From assembly GCA_045587925.1 (NCBI GenBank), contig JAZNDF010000121.1, forward strand, positions 2,403 to 66,402: a DNA stretch of 64,000 nucleotides. The letters run 5' to 3'. Source of the DNA: Faecousia sp. (GTDB lineage: Bacteria > Bacillota > Clostridia > Oscillospirales > Oscillospiraceae). Shown piece by piece: positions 48,143 to 56,237 of the stretch (positions are counted from its first letter, which is position 1; every line of letters begins with the position of its first letter). The notes beneath the pieces were generated by a model that had not been told where the DNA came from, made no database searches, and saw only the letters and a program-made list of their open reading frames with translations. The translations under genes and the position numbers were made by a program.

Positions 48143-49417
48143 ATGAAATACATTTTTGCTATTATAAAATTGATTAAATGGATGGCACCTGTACTATGTA
48201 TACTTGCCGCTGCTTTCTGCTTGATTATAATGTTTGTTTTCTTATATAAGAAGCTAAAGAATTTAGATGTTTCCGGTTTTGTGCAGCAACAAAAAAATAA
48301 AAAAATGGTACGCAAAAGAAATAGACAAGCCCAAAGAGGTGTATGGCAGTTTCCGTCCGAATATTTTTACTTACAGTGTGCCGATTGCAGTATAACCGGC
48401 TTTGATAGTGATTACAGTGTTCAAAAAGCAACTAATATCATACTCACCTTTGCAAATGATGAAGGTATTAAACAAGATAGTCTTCAAAAATACTTGATCC
48501 CTGACAAATTTTACGAGTATTATAAACAGGGGAAGAAAATTGTAGAGCATAAGATTAGTACGAATGCAATACTGGGCAAACAGCCTCGTAAAGCGACACC
48601 AATCTACAGCGAAACTGTCTTTTTTAGACGGGTTGCAAATCTAACGAATTTAACCGGCCAGGATAAACGCAGACAAATGCTTCAATATCTTCTTGGGGAC
48701 TTTCAGCACGAAATTGAGGTCAAGAAAGAATATGAAACGAACCTTGGCGTATTTGAGGCGGCGTTGATGTTGCAAAATCAAAAGGAGTACATACCGGATC
48801 AAACTGCGATGAATGCAAAGTTGAGACAAAATGTATACTATCTTATGTGTGGCATCCCGGATTTGCCATATAATATGGATTTTCTTGAAGAATGCGTTAA
48901 GGATGTGGCGGTGCAACTGGAAAATGTTAATAGTAAAGTGGTTTTATCCTCGCCGTCAGATGCGGACATTCTAAATAATTTTCAATTTTTTATAACAGAA
49001 GTCAAAAAGGGTGATGGCGGTGTTTTGCATATTTCATTAAGTGTTACTCTGAAAAAGCCCTTTGATTTAGATGTGCCCCAAAACATCAATATGACCGTTG
49101 ACGGTGTGTTGAAGGGAACGGTTATGTTTGAAAATTCGCCGGTTGGGGAAGTCCTGTTTCCACTTCCTCTATATGGCATTCCGGTCAACGCAAACAAGAC
49201 GACGAAACTAATTGGTTTATGCGACTATTTTGTTACGTCCGATCACAATTTAGAAGTTTGGAATAAGTTTACGGATATCGATAGTCCAAACCATATATCG
49301 GAAATACTAGGCGATATCCTTGGTGAAAAGTTTGATGGTTCTTCGTCTGCTCGTTCCGGTTGCGAGTATACCGTGAAAATGGCAGATGATCAAAATCTCT
49401 GGATAATGGAAGTTTGA
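48143..49417 (+). CDS. Hypothetical membrane-anchored protein, AT-rich accessory gene
   Basis: Long ORF with N-terminal TM and basic stretch; GGAGA SD after the leader terminator; no recognised family. Confidence 0.7.
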   Translation: MKYIFAIIKLIKWMAPVLCILAAAFCLIIMFVFLYKKLKNLDVSGFVQQQKNKKMVRKRNRQAQRGVWQFPSEYFYLQCADCSITGFDSDYSVQKATNIILTFANDEGIKQDSLQKYLIPDKFYEYYKQGKKIVEHKISTNAILGKQPRKATPIYSETVFFRRVANLTNLTGQDKRRQMLQYLLGDFQHEIEVKKEYETNLGVFEAALMLQNQKEYIPDQTAMNAKLRQNVYYLMCGIPDLPYNMDFLEECVKDVAVQLENVNSKVVLSSPSDADILNNFQFFITEVKKGDGGVLHISLSVTLKKPFDLDVPQNINMTVDGVLKGTVMFENSPVGEVLFPLPLYGIPVNANKTTKLIGLCDYFVTSDHNLEVWNKFTDIDSPNHISEILGDILGEKFDGSSSARSGCEYTVKMADDQNLWIMEV

Positions 49418-49510
49418 CTAATCTTTCTGTAAACAACAAAAGGACCGCACTGGCGATCCTTTTGTTTTCTTTATACAATAAAAATCCTTGTTCCGAAGAA
49501 CAAGGGTTTT

Positions 49511-49640
49511 TGGTCGGAGTGTCGGGGTTCGTTTGCATTTTACATCTCGCAGGTGTGCGGAATGTAAAATTAAGGTTCGCCGCCATATAAACTGGCAGCG
49601 GCAACGCTCATCCGCGTTGCATTTACATTATTCGAATCCC
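49511..49640 (-). repeat. tRNA-linked structured element, copy 1 (inverted T-arm, 100-bp core, tRNA-Pro 3' end duplicate with CCA)
   Basis: Core 49531-49630 matches 53861-53960 at 92/100 nt in inverted orientation (manual alignment). Confidence 0.88.
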
Positions 49641-49693
49641 TCCATCCTCCAATGATAAAGAGAGGGCTGCAGGAGCAACCCTCTCTTTATCAT

Positions 49694-49770
49694 TGGTCGG
49701 AGTGTCGGGATTCGAACCCGAGGCCTCTTGGACCCGAACCAAGCGCGATACCAAACTTCGCCACACCCCG
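49694..49770 (-). tRNA. tRNA-Pro (CGG)
   Basis: 77-nt cloverleaf CGGGGTG...CTTGG-TT-CGG-GT-CCAAG...GTTCGAATC...CACTCCG-A-CCA. Confidence 0.96.
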
Positions 49771-49781
49771 ATATCTCAGCC

Positions 49782-49810
49782 ATTATATTGGAAAAACAAG
49801 CACTTGTCAA
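49782..49810 (-). promoter_or_regulatory. Consensus sigma-A promoter of tRNA-Pro(CGG)
   Basis: TTGACA-17-TATAAT on the minus strand. Confidence 0.85.
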
Positions 49811-49880
49811 GTCCTGACCTGTTTTTTCTGCACAGCATTTTTTCTCTGCCTGTCCATATACTTAACCGGGAGGGATTATA

Positions 49881-50159
49881 ATGAGTTACCGCATCGAATA
49901 TGATCCGCAAAAGAATAAACGGTATCCAATTCCATCGGCAAGAAAACCCGGATGGCTTGTGATCACGCTTGCTGCTGTGGTTGCTTTGTTTGCCTTACAG
50001 AAGCTTGCCCAAAAGGAGAAAATGATGTCCTGGCTTATACCGGGAGATTCTGCGATTACCTCCGGTGCGTTTTCTGAGATGCTGGATAACATCCGGGAAG
50101 GGGACTCAGTCGGCACTGCGGTGACAGCCTTCTGCAGGGAGATATTGGATAATGGGTAA
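49881..50159 (+). CDS. Small single-TM protein at the spoIVFA position
   Basis: 92 aa, one TM, GGGAGG SD, overlaps the start of the M50 gene. Confidence 0.6.
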   Translation: MSYRIEYDPQKNKRYPIPSARKPGWLVITLAAVVALFALQKLAQKEKMMSWLIPGDSAITSGAFSEMLDNIREGDSVGTAVTAFCREILDNG

Positions 50160-50748
50160 AAATCTGATAAAGCCCCGTATTTGTGTGAGGACAGAATACA
50201 TTATCTTTTTGGCACTGGCATTGCTGATCATACCTGTTCGGTGGATCGTTTCCTGGCTGGCGGCTTCTGTATTTCACGAGTTGTCCCATATCTTAGTGCT
50301 CAGGCTCAGCGGCTGCAGAATTTATGGCATAAATGTTGACACCAACGGTACAGTCCTGGATACGGATGCTTTTGATGGCGTCAAAGGCATACTTTGTGCC
50401 ATAGCGGGACCGATCGGCAGTCTGCTGCTGGTTTTTTCAGGCAGGTGGTTTCCGAGACTTGCGATCTGTGCCTTCTTTCAATGTGTATATAACTTGATAC
50501 CCATATATCCTTTGGACGGCGGACGAACGGTTCGGTGTTTGCTTAATAAGCTGTTTTCGGAAGAACGATCCGGAAAAATTGAAAAGATAATTGAAAACTG
50601 CGTGCTGATTTTGCTTTTACTCCTGGGCGCATACGCGACCTTTTGCTTAAAGCTTGGTGTCATACCGTTGCTGTTTTCCGGAATTTTGTTTATGCGCAAC
50701 AAACAGGGAAAATATACTTGCAAAGAAGTGTCTTTCGGAGTAAAATAG
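50152..50748 (+). CDS. Site-2 protease (M50), SpoIVFB-like
   Basis: HELSH, AIAGP, NLIPIYPLDGG. Confidence 0.82.
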   Translation: MGKNLIKPRICVRTEYIIFLALALLIIPVRWIVSWLAASVFHELSHILVLRLSGCRIYGINVDTNGTVLDTDAFDGVKGILCAIAGPIGSLLLVFSGRWFPRLAICAFFQCVYNLIPIYPLDGGRTVRCLLNKLFSEERSGKIEKIIENCVLILLLLLGAYATFCLKLGVIPLLFSGILFMRNKQGKYTCKEVSFGVK

Positions 50749-50774
50749 TTTATTATCACAAATGAGGTGCGAGT

Positions 50775-52610
50775 ATGCCCGAAATATTACAAAGAATTCT
50801 TCCAACTGTACAAAAACCTGCCCGGTATACCGGAGGAGAATATAACGAAATCAAGAAAGACCTGCAGAATGTTCGTGTTCGTGTGGCTTTCTGCTTTCCG
50901 GATACATATGAGATCGGTATGTCCAATGTGGGTATGCGGATCCTATATGGCGTGATGAATGAAATGGACGGCGTTTGGTGCGAGCGCGTATTCGCACCCT
51001 GGGGAGATATGGAAGCGGCTATGCGCGCGCATAAAATTCCCCTTTGGGCACTGGAAAGCCAATCTCCGGTAAAAGATTTTGATATGATCGCTTTTACAAT
51101 TGGCTATGAAATGAGCTACACCAATATACTCAATATGCTGGAGCTGTCCGGTGTGCCGCTATATTCCAGGGACCGTAAGGACCTGAAGAATATTGTCTTC
51201 GCCGGTGGCGTGTGCGCCTTCAATCCGGAACCGCTGGCTGACTTTGTGGACTTTTTCGCCTTGGGAGAAGGGGAGGAGATCACGCCTGAAATTCTCAGCC
51301 TATACGATAAGGCAAAAGCGGAGAATTGGAGCAAGGATGCCTTTTTGCTGGAGGTATCTAAATTTCCCGGAGTTTATGTTCCGTCCTTTTATGTGCATAC
51401 TTATAATGAAGACGGTACACTGGCAAAAATCACAGCGGAAAATGGCGCGCCTGCAGTTGTTCAAAAGCGGATCGTAGAGAACTTGGATACTGCCTATTTC
51501 CCCACGAAGATGATCGTATCCTCCACAGAGATCGTACACGATCGGGCCAATCTGGAGGTTTTCCGCGGTTGCATCCGTGGCTGTCGCTTTTGTCAGGCCG
51601 GTTTTTCCTGCCGTCCCGTACGGAAGAAAAGCGCTGATGTACTGTATAGACAGGCAGTTGAGACTCTGGAAAATTCCGGACATAATGAGATCACTCTCTC
51701 CAGCCTCTCCACATCGGATTATCGGCAGCTAAAGGAACTGACAGATGAACTGATACCCTATTGCCGGGGGAACAAGATCAATCTTTCTGTGCCGTCCTTG
51801 CGTGCGGACAATTTCTCCCGTGAGCTGATGGAAAAGCTGCAAACTCTGCGTAAAAGCGGATTGACCTTTGCGCCGGAGGCTGGTACCCAGCGCCTGCGGG
51901 ATGTGATCAATAAAAATCTTACGGAAGATGAGATCTTGACGACCTGTCAAAATGCATTCTCCGGCGGCTGGAATAATGTTAAGCTGTATTTTATGCTGGG
52001 CTTGCCGACGGAAACGGACGAAGATGTATTGGGTATTGCAGAGCTTGTATACAAGGTGATCCAAACCTGGAAGGAATGTGCGTCCAATAAGAAAAGGGGA
52101 TTGCGTGTCCATATCGCCACTGCTTATTTTGTGCCGAAGCCCCACACCCCCTTCCAGTGGGAAAAGCAGATCACGCCGGAAGAATATATGCGCCGGTGCA
52201 AATTGCTCAAAAGCCATTTTTATTCCAAGTCTATCGAGTATAATTATCACGAACCCGAACTGAGCCGTCTGGAGGCAGTTATGGCCAGGGGAGACCGTCG
52301 TATTGGACCTGTCATTGCGGCGGCTGTACGGCGGGGCGCCAGACTGGATGGCTGGGATGAATACTTCCGTTATGACCTTTGGATGGAGGCCTTCCGGGAA
52401 TGTGGCGTTGACCCGGACTTTTACACAGTCAGAGGCTATGGGGAAAACGAGACCTTACCTTGGGATACTGTGGATGTGGGCGTTACAAAGAAATTTTTGC
52501 TTAGTGAACGAAAACGCGCATTTGATGCCGTCATAACACCGGATTGCAGACACGGATGCAGCGGTTGCGGTGCCAATGCCCTGCTGAAGGAGGTGCCTTG
52601 CGATGCCTAG
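50775..52610 (+). CDS. TIGR03960-type radical SAM protein
   Basis: VQKPARY.GGE, FPDTYEIGMSN, RGCIRGCRFCQAG, TFAPEAG. Confidence 0.9.
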   Translation: MPEILQRILPTVQKPARYTGGEYNEIKKDLQNVRVRVAFCFPDTYEIGMSNVGMRILYGVMNEMDGVWCERVFAPWGDMEAAMRAHKIPLWALESQSPVKDFDMIAFTIGYEMSYTNILNMLELSGVPLYSRDRKDLKNIVFAGGVCAFNPEPLADFVDFFALGEGEEITPEILSLYDKAKAENWSKDAFLLEVSKFPGVYVPSFYVHTYNEDGTLAKITAENGAPAVVQKRIVENLDTAYFPTKMIVSSTEIVHDRANLEVFRGCIRGCRFCQAGFSCRPVRKKSADVLYRQAVETLENSGHNEITLSSLSTSDYRQLKELTDELIPYCRGNKINLSVPSLRADNFSRELMEKLQTLRKSGLTFAPEAGTQRLRDVINKNLTEDEILTTCQNAFSGGWNNVKLYFMLGLPTETDEDVLGIAELVYKVIQTWKECASNKKRGLRVHIATAYFVPKPHTPFQWEKQITPEEYMRRCKLLKSHFYSKSIEYNYHEPELSRLEAVMARGDRRIGPVIAAAVRRGARLDGWDEYFRYDLWMEAFRECGVDPDFYTVRGYGENETLPWDTVDVGVTKKFLLSERKRAFDAVITPDCRHGCSGCGANALLKEVPCDA

Positions 52611-53262
52611 ACTTTTATTTGAAAAGACGGGTAACGCTGTGTGGATCTCACATTTGGACCTGATGCGCGTCTTCCAGCGCACCTTTAAGCGGGCTGGTTT
52701 GCCCCTGACCCATACCCAGGGCTTCAATCCCCGGCCTTCGGTTTCTATTGCACTGCCGCTGTCTGTGGGCACACAAAGTGTCTGTGAGCTTCTGGATTTT
52801 GATCTGGACGGCGAAGAAATCGCTTTTGATGAAATAACCAACCGCTTAAATGCGGTCCTTGTGGAGGGTGTACGGGTACTGCAGGTCTATGGCGAAGGCA
52901 GAAAGCTCAGAGACCTTGCCTTGATGCAATGTGCCGTCCGGCTTCATTACGATGATGTCCTGCCGGTCGGGGCGGGGGAGAAGGCACAAAAGCTTTTTAG
53001 CAGCAACGCATTGATCGTTCCCAAGAAAACGAAAAACGGCATACAGGATCAGGATATAATTCCTATGATCCGGCGTATTTCGGCAGATCAGATCTCACAA
53101 AATCAGATAGAGTTAAAGGCGTTGATCTGCTGTCAAAATCCGACATTGAATCCGATGCAAATGGTTGCGGCAATTGAAATGTATTTGCCGGAGCTTAAGC
53201 CGGATCACAGCTGCTGCAGTCGTCTGGAGCTGTATGACAACAATGAACAAGTATTTCGATAA
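52603..53262 (+). CDS. TIGR03936-type radical SAM-associated protein (DUF2344)
   Basis: ISHLDLMR.FQR.F.RA.LP...TQGFNPRP. Confidence 0.88.
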   Translation: MPRLLFEKTGNAVWISHLDLMRVFQRTFKRAGLPLTHTQGFNPRPSVSIALPLSVGTQSVCELLDFDLDGEEIAFDEITNRLNAVLVEGVRVLQVYGEGRKLRDLALMQCAVRLHYDDVLPVGAGEKAQKLFSSNALIVPKKTKNGIQDQDIIPMIRRISADQISQNQIELKALICCQNPTLNPMQMVAAIEMYLPELKPDHSCCSRLELYDNNEQVFR

Positions 53263-53272
53263 GGAGTTTGTT

Positions 53273-53491
53273 ATGGAGAATTTAATTGAATTGGAAGAAT
53301 GCCCCTGCTGCCGCGGAGCAGGTATGATCAGCCACGAGGGTGGCTGGAATGTGCAGGTGGTTTGCGTTGATTGCGGCAGCTGCACAGCCTATGTAGAATA
53401 TGAAACAGATGCCCAAAAGTTAGAGGCAGAACGCACGGTTGCACGCCTCTGGAATATGGGAAAAGTGGTAAAATCCAATCCCGGAGAATAA
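53273..53491 (+). CDS. Small Zn-ribbon protein, Lar (restriction alleviation)-like
   Basis: LEECPCC...V.CVDCG...A.LWN; AAGGAG SD. Confidence 0.65.
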   Translation: MENLIELEECPCCRGAGMISHEGGWNVQVVCVDCGSCTAYVEYETDAQKLEAERTVARLWNMGKVVKSNPGE

Positions 53492-53516
53492 TTTTTAGAA
53501 AATTTGAAAAAAATGC

Positions 53517-53545
53517 TTGCATTTTCTGACAGGGTGTGCTATTAT
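53517..53545 (+). promoter_or_regulatory. sigma-A promoter of tRNA-Pro(GGG)
   Basis: TTGCAT-17-TATTAT with TG extension. Confidence 0.7.
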
Positions 53546-53576
53546 ACTTTGGCGTTGAGAAAACGCAAGCATATAT

Positions 53577-53653
53577 CCGGGTGTGGCGAAGTTTGGTATC
53601 GCGCTTGAATGGGGTTCAAGAGGGCTCGAGTTCGAATCTCGACACTCGGACCA
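53577..53653 (+). tRNA. tRNA-Pro (GGG)
   Basis: 77-nt cloverleaf CCGGGTG...CTTGA-AT-GGG-GT-TCAAG...GTTCGAATC...CACTCGG-A-CCA. Confidence 0.96.
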
Positions 53654-53707
53654 AAAAGCAGGAAAGGACATCGGTTCTTTCCTGCTTTTTTTATCGATTT
53701 ACGAATA

Positions 53708-53838
53708 CGAACTCGAGGCCTCTTGTATTACAATAACTGGCCGAAGGCAGTCGGCACAAAGTGCCAGACTGCCTCGAGTTCGAATCTCGACACTCGGACC
53801 AAAAAAGCAGAAGCAACAACTGTTGTTTCTGCTTTTTT
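53708..53838 (+). repeat. tRNA 3'-end duplication unit (inverted tRNA fragment, hairpin insert, 29-nt direct tRNA 3' copy, terminator)
   Basis: 53773-53801 is identical to 53625-53653; 53708-53725 is a near-perfect inverted copy of the variable/T-arm. Confidence 0.88.
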
Positions 53839-53849
53839 CTTTTCCAATG

Positions 53850-53975
53850 CGAGATTCGAATAACCTAAATGCAACGCGGACGAGCGTTCCCGCCGCCAGT
53901 TTATATGGCGGCGAACCTTAATTTTATATTCCGCACACCTGCGGGATATAAAATGCAAACGAATCTCGACACTCG
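53850..53975 (+). repeat. tRNA-linked structured element, copy 2
   Basis: CGAGATTCGAA, then the 100-bp core shared with 49531-49630, then (C)GAATCTCGACACTCG. Confidence 0.88.
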
Positions 53976-53995
53976 AAATGAAGAAAAAGTTTCTA

Positions 53996-54238
53996 TTGAT
54001 TTTCCTTAAAAACAGTGGTATACTGTAGTTGCCAAACTAACTTAATAGATGTGATAATGGGTGTATTTTCTTTTGCAGAAAATATGCTTATTTGGCATAT
54101 CCTAGATTGTATGAATTTGTTAAAAACGCAAATTCCGCTACGATTGGGGTATGCGATGCATCCATTTCACATCGAGTTAGTTTGGCGACTATCGGAGTTT
54201 GCGTTTTTTGTGCGGTTACTTCGGTAGCCGCACTTTTT
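53996..54238 (+). promoter_or_regulatory. Promoter plus structured attenuator-like leader B
   Basis: TTGATT-17-TATACT; X 54026-54067 complementary to 54155-54191; stem 54122-54137/54193-54208; UUCG terminator 54210-54238. Confidence 0.7.
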
Positions 54239-54263
54239 ATTTTTGTGAAAAAGAGGTATGATT

Positions 54264-55634
54264 ATGAAAAGACTATTTGTAATGTTACTGACTCTGTTAT
54301 TGGTGTTACCCTGTGTGGGCTGTTCAAAGTCTGAGCTATCCAAAAATAGTAATCCCGCCAATTCGAACCGGGAAGATGTTGATAATTCACTAAATGACAA
54401 AACAGATACTGTAGAAACTTTTGTGGAAAAGCAATATGATGAAAATGCCATCTTATTTGTTTGTCAGGATCGTGCAGATAACGACGATGACAGATATAAA
54501 ATGTATTACTATAATTATTATGGTGAAATGATCAAAACGGAGGATACTATAAATATTGGCTTTTATGCAAAGAATGGATTGGCACCTGCATACGATCCGG
54601 CCAGCGGCTTAACGGGTTTTGTTGATTTAAGCGGTGTGTTTGTTATTGAACCAAAATGGGAGGAGGCGGCTGCCTTTTCAGATGATGGTATTGCGCTTGT
54701 CTGTGTTGAGGAAGAAGAAAGTTACAGAGACAAATATGGCTTTATCAATGAAAAGGGTGAAGAAATCATACCGTGCATTTATGATGTAGCTTCCAGCTTT
54801 TATCCAAATGGTTTTGCGATTGTGAGTGTTGATGAAGAAACAATTGATACGCTTGAATACGATGGTGAAGTAGTATATACTTATCCTCGTTATACACATA
54901 AATACGGTGTGATTGATAAAAAGGGGAACACAATTATCGAGCCACAGTATACGATGATTGAGCATATTGCCGGAGATTACATTATTTGCAGAGGTGAAAC
55001 TGCTGTAGATATTTATAACCTTAAAGGTAATAAGTTGTATAGTGAAACGATTGCAGATAATGTAAGTTATAGATATCAGGATGAAAGTACTTTGCTTCGA
55101 ATCACCTATGATACGCAGAGCTATATACCATTTCCAATCGGGTGGGAAGTATTTGACGGAAATAAATTTGTTGAATGGCACGACCCTTCCGGCGTAATAA
55201 TTGAGAGCAAGCATGTTGCAACAACATCCACAGGCATTGGCTTCGGTGCAACACAGAACGGTGTTACTGTAATTCCTTATGAATATGATTTGATTGCAGA
55301 AGTCGACAGTTTTTATATAGCAATCAAATATATGTATAAAAACGGCGCAGTCGACGATATGGTATTCGACATTTATAATATGGACTTTGAAAAAACAGCT
55401 GAAGGTCTTGAATATTTCTTATATCCAAATCTAAATGAATTAACTGGTGAATATACAAAGCTTCCCAGTGGTTATTTTGAAGTTTGGGTATATGACGAAA
55501 GAACGCAAAATGTTTCTCGCGGAATCATTGACTATACCGGAAAGGAAATAATTTCTCCTGTGTACAATAGTCAGATTAGACCGTATACATATGATGGATT
55601 TGGAGGATTGTTCTATTCCTACATATGCTATTAA
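54264..55634 (+). CDS. WG-repeat-containing lipoprotein, AT-rich accessory gene
   Basis: Lipobox VGC; repeats GFVDLSG.FVIEP.W, YGFINEKG.EIIP..YD.A..F..GFA, YGVIDKKG..IIEP.Y. Confidence 0.8.
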   Translation: MKRLFVMLLTLLLVLPCVGCSKSELSKNSNPANSNREDVDNSLNDKTDTVETFVEKQYDENAILFVCQDRADNDDDRYKMYYYNYYGEMIKTEDTINIGFYAKNGLAPAYDPASGLTGFVDLSGVFVIEPKWEEAAAFSDDGIALVCVEEEESYRDKYGFINEKGEEIIPCIYDVASSFYPNGFAIVSVDEETIDTLEYDGEVVYTYPRYTHKYGVIDKKGNTIIEPQYTMIEHIAGDYIICRGETAVDIYNLKGNKLYSETIADNVSYRYQDESTLLRITYDTQSYIPFPIGWEVFDGNKFVEWHDPSGVIIESKHVATTSTGIGFGATQNGVTVIPYEYDLIAEVDSFYIAIKYMYKNGAVDDMVFDIYNMDFEKTAEGLEYFLYPNLNELTGEYTKLPSGYFEVWVYDERTQNVSRGIIDYTGKEIISPVYNSQIRPYTYDGFGGLFYSYICY

Positions 55635-55769
55635 GAATTATGCTGTTAAATATATAAAAATTATAAAAATACAATTGGTTATGTTTGTTTGCAAAATAAT
55701 ATAAAAATATTTGAAAATAGTACTTGATTTCCAGAAAATGCTATGTTATAATTACTCGGTCTGAAATCA

Positions 55770-55830
55770 AGGTGAGTCCTCTGCGGAGCCGGGAACCATA
55801 TCGCCGGATGCATCTTCGTATGAACGCCTA
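55770..55830 (+). promoter_or_regulatory. Possible L19 ribosomal protein leader
   Basis: Structured segment with CCTCTG...ATGAAC between a TTGATT-17-TATAAT promoter (55724-55752) and the rplS SD. Confidence 0.4.
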
Positions 55831-55850
55831 ATACTAAGGAGGACAAAGAT

Positions 55851-56192
55851 ATGGATTTAGTAAAGGCACTGTCCAGCCAGTATATGAAGGAAGAGCTGCC
55901 CGAAATGCGGGTTGGCGACACTGTTCGTGTACACGTGCGGATCAAGGAAGGCTCCCGTGAGCGTATTCAGGTGTTTGAAGGCACCATCATCGCTCGCAAG
56001 CACGGCGGCATTGGTGAGACCATCACTGTGCGCCGCATCAGCTACGGTGTAGGCTGTGAAAAGGTTTTCCCTGTTCACTCTCCCCGTATTGCCAGTGTTG
56101 AGACTGTTCGTAAGGGTAAGGTTCGCCGTGCGAAGCTGTACTACCTGCGTGGTCGTTTTGGCAAGGCTGCTAAGATCAAGGAAAAGGTCTAA
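55851..56192 (+). CDS. rplS: 50S ribosomal protein L19
   Basis: [29 protein letters not shown]. Confidence 0.98.
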   Translation: MDLVKALSSQYMKEELPEMRVGDTVRVHVRIKEGSRERIQVFEGTIIARKHGGIGETITVRRISYGVGCEKVFPVHSPRIASVETVRKGKVRRAKLYYLRGRFGKAAKIKEKV

Positions 56193-56202
56193 AACAAAAT
56201 TC

Positions 56203-56237
56203 AATAAAAAAAGAGGGGTTTACCCTCTTTTTTTATT
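56203..56237 (+). terminator. Terminator after rplS
   Basis: AATAAAAAAAGAGGG...CCCTCTTTTTTTATT. Confidence 0.85.

Noticed and set aside
53740-53801. Additional intact tRNA gene
   Set aside because: Has the T-arm, 3' acceptor strand and CCA, but lacks a matching 5' acceptor strand, D-arm and anticodon arm
53625-53975. CRISPR array
   Set aside because: Repeats are tRNA 3' fragments with irregular 120-160 nt spacing, and no cas genes are present
47800-55700. Prophage or ICE integrated at tRNA-Pro
   Set aside because: No integrase, relaxase or phage structural genes; the interior genes are core sporulation/radical SAM genes
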